Source: Pocillopora damicornis
Taxonomy: Eukaryota
Assembly: GCF_003704095.1 (NCBI RefSeq)
Contig: NW_020846686.1
Span: 310,001 to 373,895 of the forward strand
Length of the DNA stretch: 63,895 nt
Direction of reading: 5' to 3'
Each line of letters starts with the position of its first letter. The stretch's first letter is position 1. Both the position numbers and the translations under genes were made by a program. The notes under the pieces are model-generated. The model saw only the letters and a program-made list of their open reading frames with translations. It was not told the origin of the DNA and did not search any database. Shown piece by piece: positions 51,083 to 63,404 of the stretch.

Positions 51083-52639
51083 GGCATTTTGTTGTTAAAA
51101 GAGCTCGATTTTTGTGTTTTAAATCTTAAAGGAGTTACGTAACCCAGAACTATCAGGAATCTATTACTATTCGTTTTCGTTCAAAATAGCGTGTGTTGTA
51201 ATTTTCTTGTCAGTTACAGTTTAGTCATTGTACATTACACGTCTTTTCTTAAAGTGGAGTCGTTTCGCGTTTGAAAAACACAACAGTTTAATTTTCTGCT
51301 GAATTCATAAATTGTTAAAAAAGAAAGGAAAGCCCGCTTTTTTACGGCTAAAAATATTTTGTTTCCAGTTCCCTTCTACATGATTAATGACCTATCGTAA
51401 ACTTCATTGAATAAACTCTTTAGCCGCCAGAGCTGAGGAGTTTCATAAATTGAAGGGTTGGAAAATAAACTAACTTTAGTTCCGCTTTAAGGCTTTGTTA
51501 AATCTTTATACTTATTTCGTTGAAAAGCCTTAGAGAGATTAAGATTTGGGAAATTACTGTTACGCATCCATGTCATGGTCTTTACAAGGGTGTTAAGTAT
51601 TCGCAGAGGTACAGAACTCACACTGCCTTACACAGGAGTTGTGCGAACCAGGTGTGGTGTCGATTCCCGTTAACTCTAACTCTATCATAAGGGTGATGAT
51701 ACAATGTAATTAAAACAGCTGCGACTCGAGGGAAGTTCGTGTTATTGAAATTTTGTCATATCATGAACAATGATAGTAATTCACGTCTGTGAAACGCATA
51801 ATTCTTTATTATCATTCTCGGTTGCTTTTTCAAAAATGTAATTGAAAACAAAGTTCAAGATTGGCATTGAAACTAAGAAAATATTAAGATGCAAGCATTA
51901 GTGAGTTAAAGCAGAATAAAAGACCTGAGGAGGGCTTCCAGGGAAGACATGGTCAGAAAGAAGGATAAAAGATGCACACACTCTATTTCTTATTCATACG
52001 TAGTAATCAATATGAACAATTCAGTTACAATGGAACATTTTAAAAAAGAATTTCAGTAGATAAGCTTTATTGAGATACAATGCATTTTAGTTGATGGTAC
52101 ACTTGACTGGCAGATTTGACTCAGTGGACTCTATGGCGGTTTCCGTAATTCCCCAAAAAATAAAACAAAGAATATATGGCTTCATCAAAACAAATTCAAT
52201 GTTTTGACAACCATACTTTTTGTTTTCACTTGTCACATACTGACGGGCACGTTTAGAATTTTCAAGGTTAAGGTGACTTAGAAAATGTCCTTATTGGGAA
52301 AGAAAACTGCTTCGAATTAGCAGCCGGAGTCAAATTGCAGAAAGAGAGGGTGGAAATCCAGGGGAATCGATTTTAGTTCCAATTGGCGCGTATTTGGAGT
52401 AAACAACAGTTTGAGTTTGAGACTTATCGGAAGTAGACTTCTAGTCCTCGACTAGAAACACATTAATTCTCAAGAGCAAGTCTGATAAACATCTTTTCTA
52501 CGATTTTCATCGACATTTTTCCCAATGCAATTTCCATACACGAAGATCTCCATTTATTATAAGCGTATTTTTTCCCGTTCTCTTTCAATTCTATTTGAAA
52601 TAGTTCAATTCTATTTAGAATAGTTGTATTAAAACATTA

Positions 52640-53663
52640 CATCATTTACAATCTTCGGTCACCAGCCTTATCTGTTTCAATTTTTTCCACCCTGAATATT
52701 TCATTGCCATTTATGCTGACGAATTTCATTCTAAAAATCAATTTAGATGATAAAACGACAATTTCTTTCCCCCAGTGGCTTTCTTTAAGAAAACGGAGAA
52801 TGGAAAGTGAGCGTAAGAGAGAAAGAACTGGGAAAGAGCGAGTGGAGAAGGATGCTCCGCGGTCGTTTTATTGCAAATGGGCAAAGACAGCGGTTCCTTC
52901 TTTAAAATAGTTTATTTTCGGTATGTAATGCATACACAATACTTCCGTAAATTTTTGCTACTTCATACGTAGTCTACCCCCATTTGTTTTAATCCAAATA
53001 TACGGCATGTCTTGAAAAACCAGCCTCTTTATTCTACAAATCAAAATGAACACAAAAGCTTGATTTTGTGACAATCGCAGGTGAGAAAAGTTTCTCCGTA
53101 AGCATCACTGTATGGAAATAATTATAAATACTGATAATTTTTTTTAATTTTAAAAACATACGTTAAAGTCCTACAATCCTACTTACGAACTACATTATTA
53201 AAAAAAATTGAGAACTGTTTGACGTTATGGAATTTTATGAAAAGAAAAGTGTCTTCTTTGTTAAATATAACATGATAAAAGATGAAATGTTATTTAAAAA
53301 AGAAACGAGTTTCTAATTCGTAATTGCTCTATACCATGAGATGAATAAAAATATGTACAAAACCATACCATTCCAGCCGACACATAATCTAAATAGAAAT
53401 TATTCTCTTGAGTATTTAGAATACGTCTCTTTGTTCTTGTTTCTCTTAAGCATAGTAGAGCTAATAACCAGAGTTATCAGGACAAAAATAATAACAGTTA
53501 TAGTGATAATTATAGCAGTGATGGTAATAGCAGTAATAGTAATATAAATAATAATAAATTTGACCATAACGTACTTGAAGGGGATCCATTTTTCTCTCTG
53601 AGAAAGCCGGATGGATTCAAAATTGAGAGTGACTGAAGTATATGCACGATAACTTACCCGAAC
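52640..53663 (-). repeat. Inverted paralogous VWA intron with the last bases of the ..CS-G exon (subfamily 2)
   Basis: gttcg-g|gtaagtt at the contig edge; homologous to 54742-55520 and 56537-57310. Confidence 0.85.
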
Positions 53664-53763
53664 NNNNNNNNNNNNNNNNNNNNNNNNNNNNNNNNNNNNN
53701 NNNNNNNNNNNNNNNNNNNNNNNNNNNNNNNNNNNNNNNNNNNNNNNNNNNNNNNNNNNNNNN

Positions 53764-54747
53764 TTGACGTTGCAATCGTTCTCGACAAATCCCAGAGTGT
53801 TAAATTAGGTAATCTGGAAAAGGTTATCACCTTCCTGGGTAAACTGGTTGGGAACTTCGACCCTGCTCCTGAAGCAGATCACTTCGGCCTTATTACCTTT
53901 AACAAAAAGGCACAACTGTCTTTCAAATTTGGCGACTCACAATATCACAATAAAGACGCCTTACTAAAAAAAATAGCCAACGAACCCATGGTCCTACAGT
54001 ATCAAACTCGCACCGATATGGCTCTCCTTATGGCGAGGGACGAGATGTTTACTAAGGCAGGAGGAGACAGACCAGACAAACCAAATGTCATGATTGTACT
54101 CACAGATGGAAAGCCAACTAATCCAGACAAAGACTTTGACTTCAAGGCATTTTCTAAAGAGATATCGAAAGACTTCAAGGCGAGTGTAAAATAGTTATGT
54201 CGAGGCTTGATTGATGAGAACATAGGGTTAAGACAAATAAAAATGTGAACCTAATGAGTTGAATTTTTCAATTCTTGTGAACTGAAAGCTAGGACATTAA
54301 CTTCAAAGTATTTGCTGAAGAAATAAATAAAAATTTCAAGGTGGGTGTGAAGTAGTTAAAAAAAAAAAGTTTGATCAATGACAGCTGATGTTTCAACGAG
54401 TCATTCCACTGAGAACTAGAGCCCTAGTTGGGTTCCTTGTGTTGTGTTCGTTGTCATTTGTTGAGATGAATTAGCATTGCATCCTACTCACTTTATGATG
54501 CAGGATAAGTTCTAGCAGTAATGGACCCTTAAAACTAACTTAATCCTTCTCCAATCAAAAGTGACTCATGTGTCAGAGATTCTCTTCTTACAGGAAAAGA
54601 AAGTCAACATTGTAGCAGTGGGCATCGGTCCAAGAGTGGAGGAAGCCACTTTGCACGATATCGCTGGCGCAGGTCCTGTGGTTCAGGTGGAGGCGTTCGA
54701 TAAGCTTGATGAAATGATGAAAACAATCAAGGGATCGGCTTGTTCGG
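53764..54747 (+). CDS. VWA gene copy C (subfamily 2); exons <53764-54179 and 54594-54747
   Basis: DVAIVLDKSQS..HFGLITF..QTRTD..VLTDGKP..KDFK|gcgagt; ttacag|EKKVNIVAVGIG..KGSACS-G|gtaagt; open frame, full MIDAS. Confidence 0.92.
54293..54340 (+). other. 48-nt paralogous exon-end remnant or cassette (DINFKVFAEEINKNFK)
   Basis: ctag|...AAG|gtgggt; aligns with DFDFKAFSKEISKDFK. Confidence 0.7.
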
Positions 54748-56498
54748 GTAAGTTATAATTGCAAATACCTCAATCGCTCTTACTTTTGAATCCACCTGGC
54801 CTTCTCAGAGAGAAAAATGGATCCCGTTTAAGTACTTCATGGTTATATTTACCATTATTGCTGTTAGTATTACTGCTATCAAAATTATTGTACTTACTTT
54901 TGTTTCAATCATTAAAACTCTGGTTGTTAGCTTTATAAGCTCTGATCTGCTTACATTGATGCTTACCGAAAAAATTTTCTCACATGCGAGCGTCACAAAA
55001 AACAACATTTCGTGCCATTTTCTAGGATAAAGAGGCTGGTTTTTAAAGTTCAATATTATTTTAGCAATGTAGCTCATAGGTAGGTTTGTAGGAATTTAAT
55101 GTAGTGTTTTTTAAAGTTAAAAAAATATATCAATACTTATAATTATTATCATAAAGTGATGCTCATGGAGAAACTTTTCTCACATACGAGTGTCACAAAA
55201 TCAAGCTTTTGTGTTCATTTTGCAGAATAAAGAAGCTGGCTTTTCAAGACATGTCGTATCTTTGGATCAAACCAAATGGGGTAGACTATGAATGAAGCAA
55301 CAAAAATTTACGGAATTATTGTGTATGCATATCATACTGAAAATAAACTACCTTAAAGCGGGAACCTTTGTCTTTGCCCATTTCTTAAAAAAAGCCACTG
55401 GTGGAGAGAAATCGTCGTTTTATCATCCAAATTTATTTTTAGAAGTAAAAATTTGTCGGCGTAGATGGAAATGAAGTATTTTGTATGGAAAAAAATGGAA
55501 ACAGTTATCAGTTATTTTGGATGTGGACTTTTTGAGCGTCGCCATGTTGAGTCTCTAAGTCTCCAAGGTTGCTGCAATCTCCGTATTATCCCCTGTGGAC
55601 CACTGTGGACAAAATACTATTGTTCAATGATAGCAGCGGAAACTGAATGACGTCATGCAATCCAAAATGGCGCCTGCCGAGAAAGTCAGACATCGATATT
55701 GCTTTTATTTGTTTCCAGTTTCAAATATTTGGTTCCTGTATCCCATGTTTTCGCCCAAATTTTTGAAATGACATTTTCATCTATTTAATGCCAACTCATT
55801 CTACCAGTGGAGGTTTCCTTTTTGATCCTGTCTCTTACAATTTAAATTCAATGCTTCATCTTCTTGTCCACTTTCTCATCCACCTCCGCGCGCGTTATAA
55901 GGAATTCTTCTCGAGCTTGCGGTTGACATAGTTTTAACCATGACTATTTTTGCTTTGAAAGTTTACTAGAAATTGTATTGTTTTCGGATAAAAACTAACT
56001 GGTATGATCTCCCGCCCAAAGCGTGGGTAGGTTATTCTCTGCTTGCTGGCTTCACATTTCTTAGCCCAAGTGAAGACCGTGTAATGCCAAAGCATGCGCC
56101 AGTGGTACGCTGTACCAAGCCCTGGACTTCGAGTACGCGTAATGGATAGATTTGTGCCGCCCGCAATACAATTTTTTGTGCATGCTTTAAAAGAGCAACT
56201 TGTACGCACAGACGGAGAGGCGTGCGATAGCGCAGCGCCGCGTGATCTTTTCCTCAAAACGCACCAATCACAACTTTTAAATCCTAGCCATTCACAGCTA
56301 AGCACGATGCTTCATAAGGTGACAACTATCCAGTTGATCTTCAAGGCATCGCTAGATAAAGACTAGCTGAATGCTACAATACGCTCTCAGTTTCAATANN
56401 NNNNNNNNNNNNNNNNNNNNNNNNNNNNNNNNNNNNNNNNNNNNNNNNNNNNNNNNNNNNNNNNNNNNNNNNNNNNNNNNNNNNNNNNNNNNNNNNNN

Positions 56499-56542
56499 GC
56501 TTGATGAAATGATGAAAAAAATCAAGGGATCGGCTTGTTCGG
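56499..56542 (+). CDS. VWA gene copy D, end of the second VWA exon
   Basis: LDEMMKKIKGSACS-G|gtaagt; 56499-59048 duplicates 54705-56398 with an extra ~830 bp. Confidence 0.85.
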
Positions 56543-59500
56543 GTAAGTTATCATTGCAAAAACCTCAGTCGCTCTTACTTTTGAATCCACCTGGCCTTCT
56601 CAGAGAGAAAAATGGATCCCGTTTAAGTACTTTATGGTTATATTTACCATCACTACTGTTAGTATTACTGCTATCAAAATTATTATTGTTACTTTTGTTT
56701 TTATCATTAAAACTCTGGTTGTTAGCCTTTATAAGCTCTAATCTACTTACATTGATGCTTACGGAAAAAATTTTCTCACATACGAGCGTCACAAAAAAAA
56801 ACAACAATTCGTGTCATTTTCTAGGATAAAGGGGCTGGTTTTTCAAGTTCTCTATACTTTTAGCAATGTAGTTTGTAGGCAGGGTTGTAGGACTTTAATG
56901 CAGTGTTTTTTAAAATTAAAAAAAAATCAATATTTATAATTATTGTCATACAGTGATGCTTACGGGGAAACTTTTCTCATGTGCGAGTGTCACAAAATTA
57001 AGCTTTTGTCTTCATTTTGCAGAATAAAGAGGTTGGTTTTTCAAGACATGCCGTATCTTTGGATCAAAACAAATAGGGTAGACTATGAATGTAGCAACAA
57101 CAATTTACGGAATTATTGTGTTGGCCTACCATACTGAAAATAAACTATCTTAAAGGGGGAACCTCTGTCTTTGCCCATTTCTTAAAGAAAGCCCCTGGTG
57201 GAGAGAAATCGTCCTTTCATCATCCAAACTGATTCGTAGAAATAAAAATTTGTCGGCATAAATGGAGATGAAGTATTTTGTGTGGAAAAAAAATTGAAAC
57301 AGATATCAGTTATTTTAAATGTGGACTTTTTGAGCGTCGCCATGTTGAATCTCCTAACTCTCGAAGGTACGTTACAACAATCTCCGTATTATCCCCTGTG
57401 GACCACTGTGGACAAAATGCCATTGTTTAATGATAATAGCGGCAACCGAATGACGTCATTTAATCCAAAATGGCGCCTGCTGAGAAAGTCAGACATCGAT
57501 ATTGCTTTTATTTGTTTCCAGTTTCAAATGTCTGGTTCCTGGATCCCATGTTTTCGCCAAAATCATTGAAATGACATTTCCATCTATTTAATGCTAACTT
57601 ATTCTACCAGTGGAGGTTTCCTTTTTGATCCCGTCTCTTACAATTTAAACTCAATGCTTCATCTTCTTGCCCACTTGCTTATCCACGCCCGCGCGCGGTA
57701 TAAGGAATTCTTCTCGAGCTTGCAAACTGCACTGGACAAGTAGCCTAGCCTTCATAGCTTTTCATCCGCTCTTATCGGTCGTTAGGCGTTTACCAGTTGG
57801 TAATGGACGCTCGATTATGAGGTCACAAACAAATTTTCTCCGCTTTATGGATTTCTAAATTTTCTTAGTACTGGTGCTAAGTAAAGTCTTTAAACTATTA
57901 AGATATTCACGATTCTAAATTAAATTTCATTTTGGATTTTGCGACAAAAACAATCACCGTTCATGAAAACAATCCATGATGATACCATTTAAAATTAATA
58001 AGTCTAATCTAACCCTATTTGAATGCTAAAAAATCCAAAATCTTATTGACCTGCAGCTGGTTTGGAAAAACCTCAATGTCTTTTTCCTGCTACCATTATT
58101 TTACATATTTAAAACCAGTGACAATACCAAATCTCTTTCCAAATTTCATCTATTTTTAGCATGTTTATTTATCTTTATTTCATCTTCCTAGCATTTTAAG
58201 CATTTTAAGTATCAAAGCAAAGCAATTCCAAAAGCAAGCTTTGATTAACCTGAAATCTGAGAAGAATAATTTCTACACTAGTAATCTGACACATTGTAGG
58301 CAAACCCTATAACTGACTAACCTTATCTGATGAGAGAATGAAAGGCTACGAAGGAAATAAGTTAGCACAATTCAATTTTGTCTTCTAGCATTCTGTGATC
58401 TTTTTCCTAACAAATGGTAAAGTTTATAATAACGGTAAAGTTTATATTTAGCGACCACTTTTCTCCTGAATCGATCTACATCTGTTGATTCTTGCTCTTT
58501 TTATATTTCAAGCTTATTTTCACACAAACCCTGTTAAAATGATTCTTCCGGTTGACATAGTTTTAACCATGACTATTTTTGCTTTGCAAGTTAACTAGAA
58601 ATTGTATTGTTTTCGAATAAAAACTAACTGGTATGATCTCCTGCCCAAGGCGTGGGCTGGTTATTCTCTGCTTGCTGGCTTCACATTTATTAGCCCAAGT
58701 GAAGACCGTGTAATGCCGAAGCATGCGCCCGTGGTACGCTGTACCAAGCCCTGGCATTCGAGTATGCGTAATGGCTAGATTTTTGCTGCCCGCAATGCAG
58801 TTTTTTGTGCATGCTTTAATAGAGCAACTTGTACGCACGGACGGAGAGGCGTGCGATAGCGCAGCACTGCGTGATCTTTTCCTCGAAACCCAACAATCAC
58901 AACTTTTAAATCCTAGCCATTCACAGCTAGGCACGATGCTTCATAAGGTGACACCTATCCAGTTGACCTTCAAGGCATCGCTTGATAAAGACTAGCTGAA
59001 TGCTACAACAAGTTTGTCAATCGTCGTGATACGCTCTCAGTTTCAATAGCGCTCTTTTTTTTTTACAGTGACACGACGAGATAGCATTATGTAGGTGATT
59101 AGAACTTTTGAGGATTTCCTTGAAACTTTGCAGGTGAGTTAACCTTGATCAGGTTCTCTTCTGGATACTTTTTTTTGATAATTTTGTTTTATCAACTGAG
59201 TTGATAATACGAATTGACCACTGTAAAGAGTTACTAAAGCTGGCGTTTTGAGCAGAGCTGATGGAAGAATTGTGCATGGGTTTTGTTTGGTTTATATACA
59301 AAAAAATGGAGTTACGCTATTGGTGGGAACATGGCAACGTGAAAAAAGAGAGCCGATTTGAAGGACACTTGAAGGCCGCAGACTATCATATGTTGCTAAG
59401 AACGATTTGGGAGATTAAAAGTGTCTAGCGATTGGTTTGAATTCCTTTCTACGCCACGAATGTGTTCTCAGAATCGGTCGCCTCGTCGTCTTCCTTTTTC

Positions 59501-59906
59501 GCCGATGTATAAATTTTTGTAACACGTTGTACAAGTTATGCAATGGATGACGTTGGCTGTATTACGCCATTCTGAAACAACTGACTTTTGTTATCGCAAC
59601 AGTAAAAGAATCATGTTACGAATTAAGTAAATAAAAAGTGCTTAGTTTTCCGTTACATATACCCAATTTAGTGTGTTTTTCAGTGGATCTGGTAGTCTAA
59701 AGTTGCTGACGAATTCATTACCTATATTTGTCGGAGCTAGGTTATGAGCTGGGAGCATGGTTACAAGCTTAAAACATGGCTTCGTTCAGCTAGTTAGAAG
59801 GCATGAAATTAAATAACCGTACACCAGTTTTTACCAAAAGCATAAATAAAGTTCTCTTAAGTAAAATGATAAACATCATGAACAAATTACTTTTACTGGG
59901 ATGAAT

Positions 59907-59912
59907 TTTATT
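59907..59912 (-). terminator. Polyadenylation signal AATAAA for copy E
   Basis: About 125 nt downstream of the predicted stop. Confidence 0.5.
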
Positions 59913-60035
59913 TATCCATCTGTGAGTATCATCAATATCATCTGCAGATAAAGAATGTCTTGAAAGTAAAACTACAATAGCCCTGCACCATTATACCCCT
60001 CTTGATGGGCGTCATGTTCTGCTTGTCAAACGTCT

Positions 60036-62525
60036 TTAGCCTGAAAAGTAAGTAAAAACAGCTCTGTTTAATTCACTCAAGGAAAGCTAGAACCGAAAAA
60101 ATCCACAGAAGCAATTGTGTTTTATGCAGTGATTCCGGCTGATAACAATGATATATGAATTCTATTCCAGACCTAATCGTTTGCCCTTGCTCAACGTGCA
60201 CAGTCAGGCATAAGAATGTGCTATATTCTATGTATTACATCACGTCAAAATACTCACGACATACAAATGTTATGAAAAATGGCCTGTGCTAAGCGTTAAG
60301 TAATTAAAACGGAGCGAAATGATAAATGGTATGATAGAAGCGGCAGAGTCAAAAAAGGGAGGAAGGTCTGGGTCGGTTCAGCTAACCCGGAACGGTACGG
60401 GTAATCCAGAAATGAAAGAAAAAATTGACGCTATCCAGTACTAAGCCCGCGAAATAAGCCGCGGAGTTAAAAAAAGAGGGATGTCTGGGTCGGTTCGGGT
60501 AACCCGGAAATGAAAGAAAAGATTTAGTTCATCCAGTTCTAAGCCCGCGAAAGAAGCGGCTTAATTAAAAAAGGAAGGGAGGTTTGGGTCGGTTCGGAAC
60601 GGTTCGGGTAACCCGGACAAGTAAGAAGAAATTTGCTTTATCCAGTACTAAGCTCGCGAAAGAAGCAGCAGAGTTAAAAAGGGAGGGATTTCTGGATCGG
60701 TTCGGGTAACTCCTGAAATGAAAGAAAAAAATTTAGTTTATCCAGTACTAAGCCCGCGATAGAAGCAGCGAATTGAAAAATGGAAAAATGCTTGAGTCGG
60801 GTTACACGAACCCTCAAAAAGCTCCTCAACGTGATTAAAATGGGCATCAGTTTGTCGTGGGATTTTGCCGACAAATGATTCAATTTAGGCGTCTAAATAC
60901 TCACCGGAACAAGCCAATCCTTTGATTGTGTCCAACATTTCGTCCAGCATACTGAAGTCCTCTACTTGCACCACTGGGTTACCTTCACCCGCAATTTCCC
61001 GTAAGGTTCCCTCCTTCACACCTGAACCAATCCCGACAGCAACAACACTGACGTCTTTCGCCTAAAACGAAGACCAAAATATGAAGTTAATCATCAGCTA
61101 TTGTTACAACTCCAGTTGATTGAAAACCGCGCTTTGTGATTCCGAGAAATCGGTGTTTTATTCTTTGGTGAAATATATGTGGCTTATTTGAGCTGTTTCC
61201 GCGTCCGAAGTCAAATTTCTCAGCATATTTGAAGTTAATTTTCGAAAGAAAAACCGCAGTGGTGTAGGGATTCAAGTCGTTAATCAAAGCCTGACATAAC
61301 TCGTTTGTCAAAACTAAAGCAATCAATGTTACCTTCGGTACTTGATTTCTCTACGTCCTAATTAGTTAAGTGAAAGAGCGAAGCAAAGGGGAGCACTTCA
61401 ATTGTGTGTACTCAACAAAGTATTGCAAGTTTGTATATGAAGTATATTCATTCGTCTCACAATAAAACCTCTTCTGTTGTAGATCGCGACGTTACGATTT
61501 CATGCTAGTTTTCTTTAAGCGATAATGTCGACTGGGCACGCCGATACCCCTGTTATGCTTCTTGATCCTCTCTCATTGAGGTCCGAGTGCCGATTTAAAC
61601 TTTGCCAGACTCAGAGAGAATCCCGTAAAAACCACGCTATCTTGTTTAGATGAGTCAACCACATCCAATAGCCGTTTTATGCATGATCGTAACGTAGTCT
61701 CCGAATTGAAAACGGTCCGTGTTCCTTATAGCTGCAGGCAGAGGGGAAGTTGTTCAGAAAGACCTGTGACATCTGACAAATCTGCCGTAGATTTGAACTC
61801 GATGGAGGCTAAACAAGAAGGCGTTGTTTACAGGATTCTTCAGTATCACTTGAAGAGAACTCACAGTTCACAGTCAGTTACAGTTGAAACGAAACGCTGC
61901 AATCCCTACTGGAAGTGACTACGTCGTGAGATGAATGACTATACTTTACATACAAGTGAATTCACCACTATGAATAACCGCATCCTAAGTTTAAAAATCT
62001 GTCTTCACTGACTCTGACGAAACCTTCTGAAAACAGTGTTCACACCCTAACGCTCCATTTCAGTTAAAGTTCTCGATGGAATTCAAATCAGTGTAGCCGG
62101 TGATGGTAGATATTACGCAGATTGACATATTCTACGTTTTATATGAAACAACCTGTTAACGTATCACAAAAAAAGAGAAAAATACTTCCTTATTTATTAC
62201 AGGTTTTTCTCGAAATAAATCAATGTTGCTCTTTTTCAGTTGTGATTTCAATGCTTTGTCATACCTCTCGTACTCTTCTTATTATCAATGTCTTAACTTT
62301 CAGTTCAATTGGATTGAAAAATTAAACTCAATAAGTTCAAGTTTCCATTGTTTTACCCTTCCGTTCTTATCAATCAAGCCTCAACCTAGCCTATTTACAC
62401 TCGCATTGAAATCCTTCGATATCTCTTTAGCAAATGCCTTGAAATCAAAGCCTTTTTTTGGATGAGTTGGTTTTCCATCTGTGAGTACAATCATGACATT
62501 TGGTTTGTCTGGTCTGTCTCCTCCT
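60036..62525 (-). CDS. VWA gene copy E (subfamily 2): exons >62525-62405, 61061-60905, terminal 60040-60036 (Gly-stop)
   Basis: GGDRPDKPNVMIVLTDGKP..KDFN; tttag|AKDVSVVAVGIGSGVKEGTLREIAG..KGLACS-G|gtgagt; ttttcag|GC TAA. Confidence 0.85.
60337..60810. repeat. ~100-120 bp tandem repeat (4+ units) in the last intron of copy E
   Basis: Core GGGTCGGTTCGGGTAACCCGGAA..ATCCAGTACTAAGCCCGCGA. Confidence 0.9.
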
Positions 62526-63404
62526 NNNNNNNNNNNNNNNNNNNNNNNNNNNNNNNNNNNNNNNNNNNNNNNNNNNNNNNNNNNNNNNNNNNNNNNNNNN
62601 NNNNNNNNNNNNNNNNNNNNNNNNNNNNNNNNNNNNNNNNNNNNNNNNNNNNNNNNNNNNNNNNNNNNNNNNNNNNNNNNNNNNNNNNNNNNNNNNNNNN
62701 NNNNNNNNNNNNNNNNNNNNNNNNNNNNNNNNNNNNNNNNNNNNNNNNNNNNNNNNNNNNNNNNNNNNNNNNNNNNNNNNNNNNNNNNNNNNNNNNNNNN
62801 NNNNNNNNNNNNNNNNNNNNNNNNNNNNNNNNNNNNNNNNNNNNNNNNNNNNNNNNNNNNNNNNNNNNNNNNNNNNNNNNNNNNNNNNNNNNNNNNNNNN
62901 NNNNNNNNNNNNNNNNNNNNNNNNNNNNNNNNNNNNNNNNNNNNNNNNNNNNNNNNNNNNNNNNNNNNNNNNNNNNNNNNNNNNNNNNNNNNNNNNNNNN
63001 NNNNNNNNNNNNNNNNNNNNNNNNNNNNNNNNNNNNNNNNNNNNNNNNNNNNNNNNNNNNNNNNNNNNNNNNNNNNNNNNNNNNNNNNNNNNNNNNNNNN
63101 NNNNNNNNNNNNNNNNNNNNNNNNNNNNNNNNNNNNNNNNNNNNNGAATTGTTTTAATATCCACATACAATGGATGTTTCCCTATGTTCTACCTAAGCTA
63201 GTCTTAAAATCACACTTCCAGGCGTTGCAATGACTAATTTTTCTCAAGAAAATAGTTTTAAAAATACTTACGGCACTTCTTTTCAGCTGGTCCTAGTTCA
63301 CTGCNNNNNNNNNNNNNNNNNNNNNNNNNNNNNNNNNNNNNNNNNNNNNNNNNNNNNNNNNNNNNNNNNNNNNNNNNNNNNNNNNNNNNNNNNNNNNNNN
63401 NNNN

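Noticed and set aside
51600-51680. tRNA-like B-box (gtgtcgattccc)
   Set aside because: No cloverleaf could be built
55934-56366. Overlapping 123-aa and 90-aa ORFs repeated at 58563-58995
   Set aside because: Inside a recently duplicated intronic repeat; many amino-acid-changing differences; no recognisable domain
58320-58365. Hammerhead-like CTGATGA..GAAA
   Set aside because: No convincing stems I and III or correctly placed cleavage triplet
59069-59094. Alternative terminal exon VTRRDSIM* for copy D
   Set aside because: Strong acceptor, but it adjoins a repeat element and no paralog supports it within the window
60337-60810. CRISPR-like repeat/spacer array
   Set aside because: Whole units are homologous with no unique spacers; no cas genes; eukaryotic intron
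62381-63233. Long ORFs of 230-260 aa
   Set aside because: Artefacts of a 620-N gap; only 62405-62525 is real coding sequence
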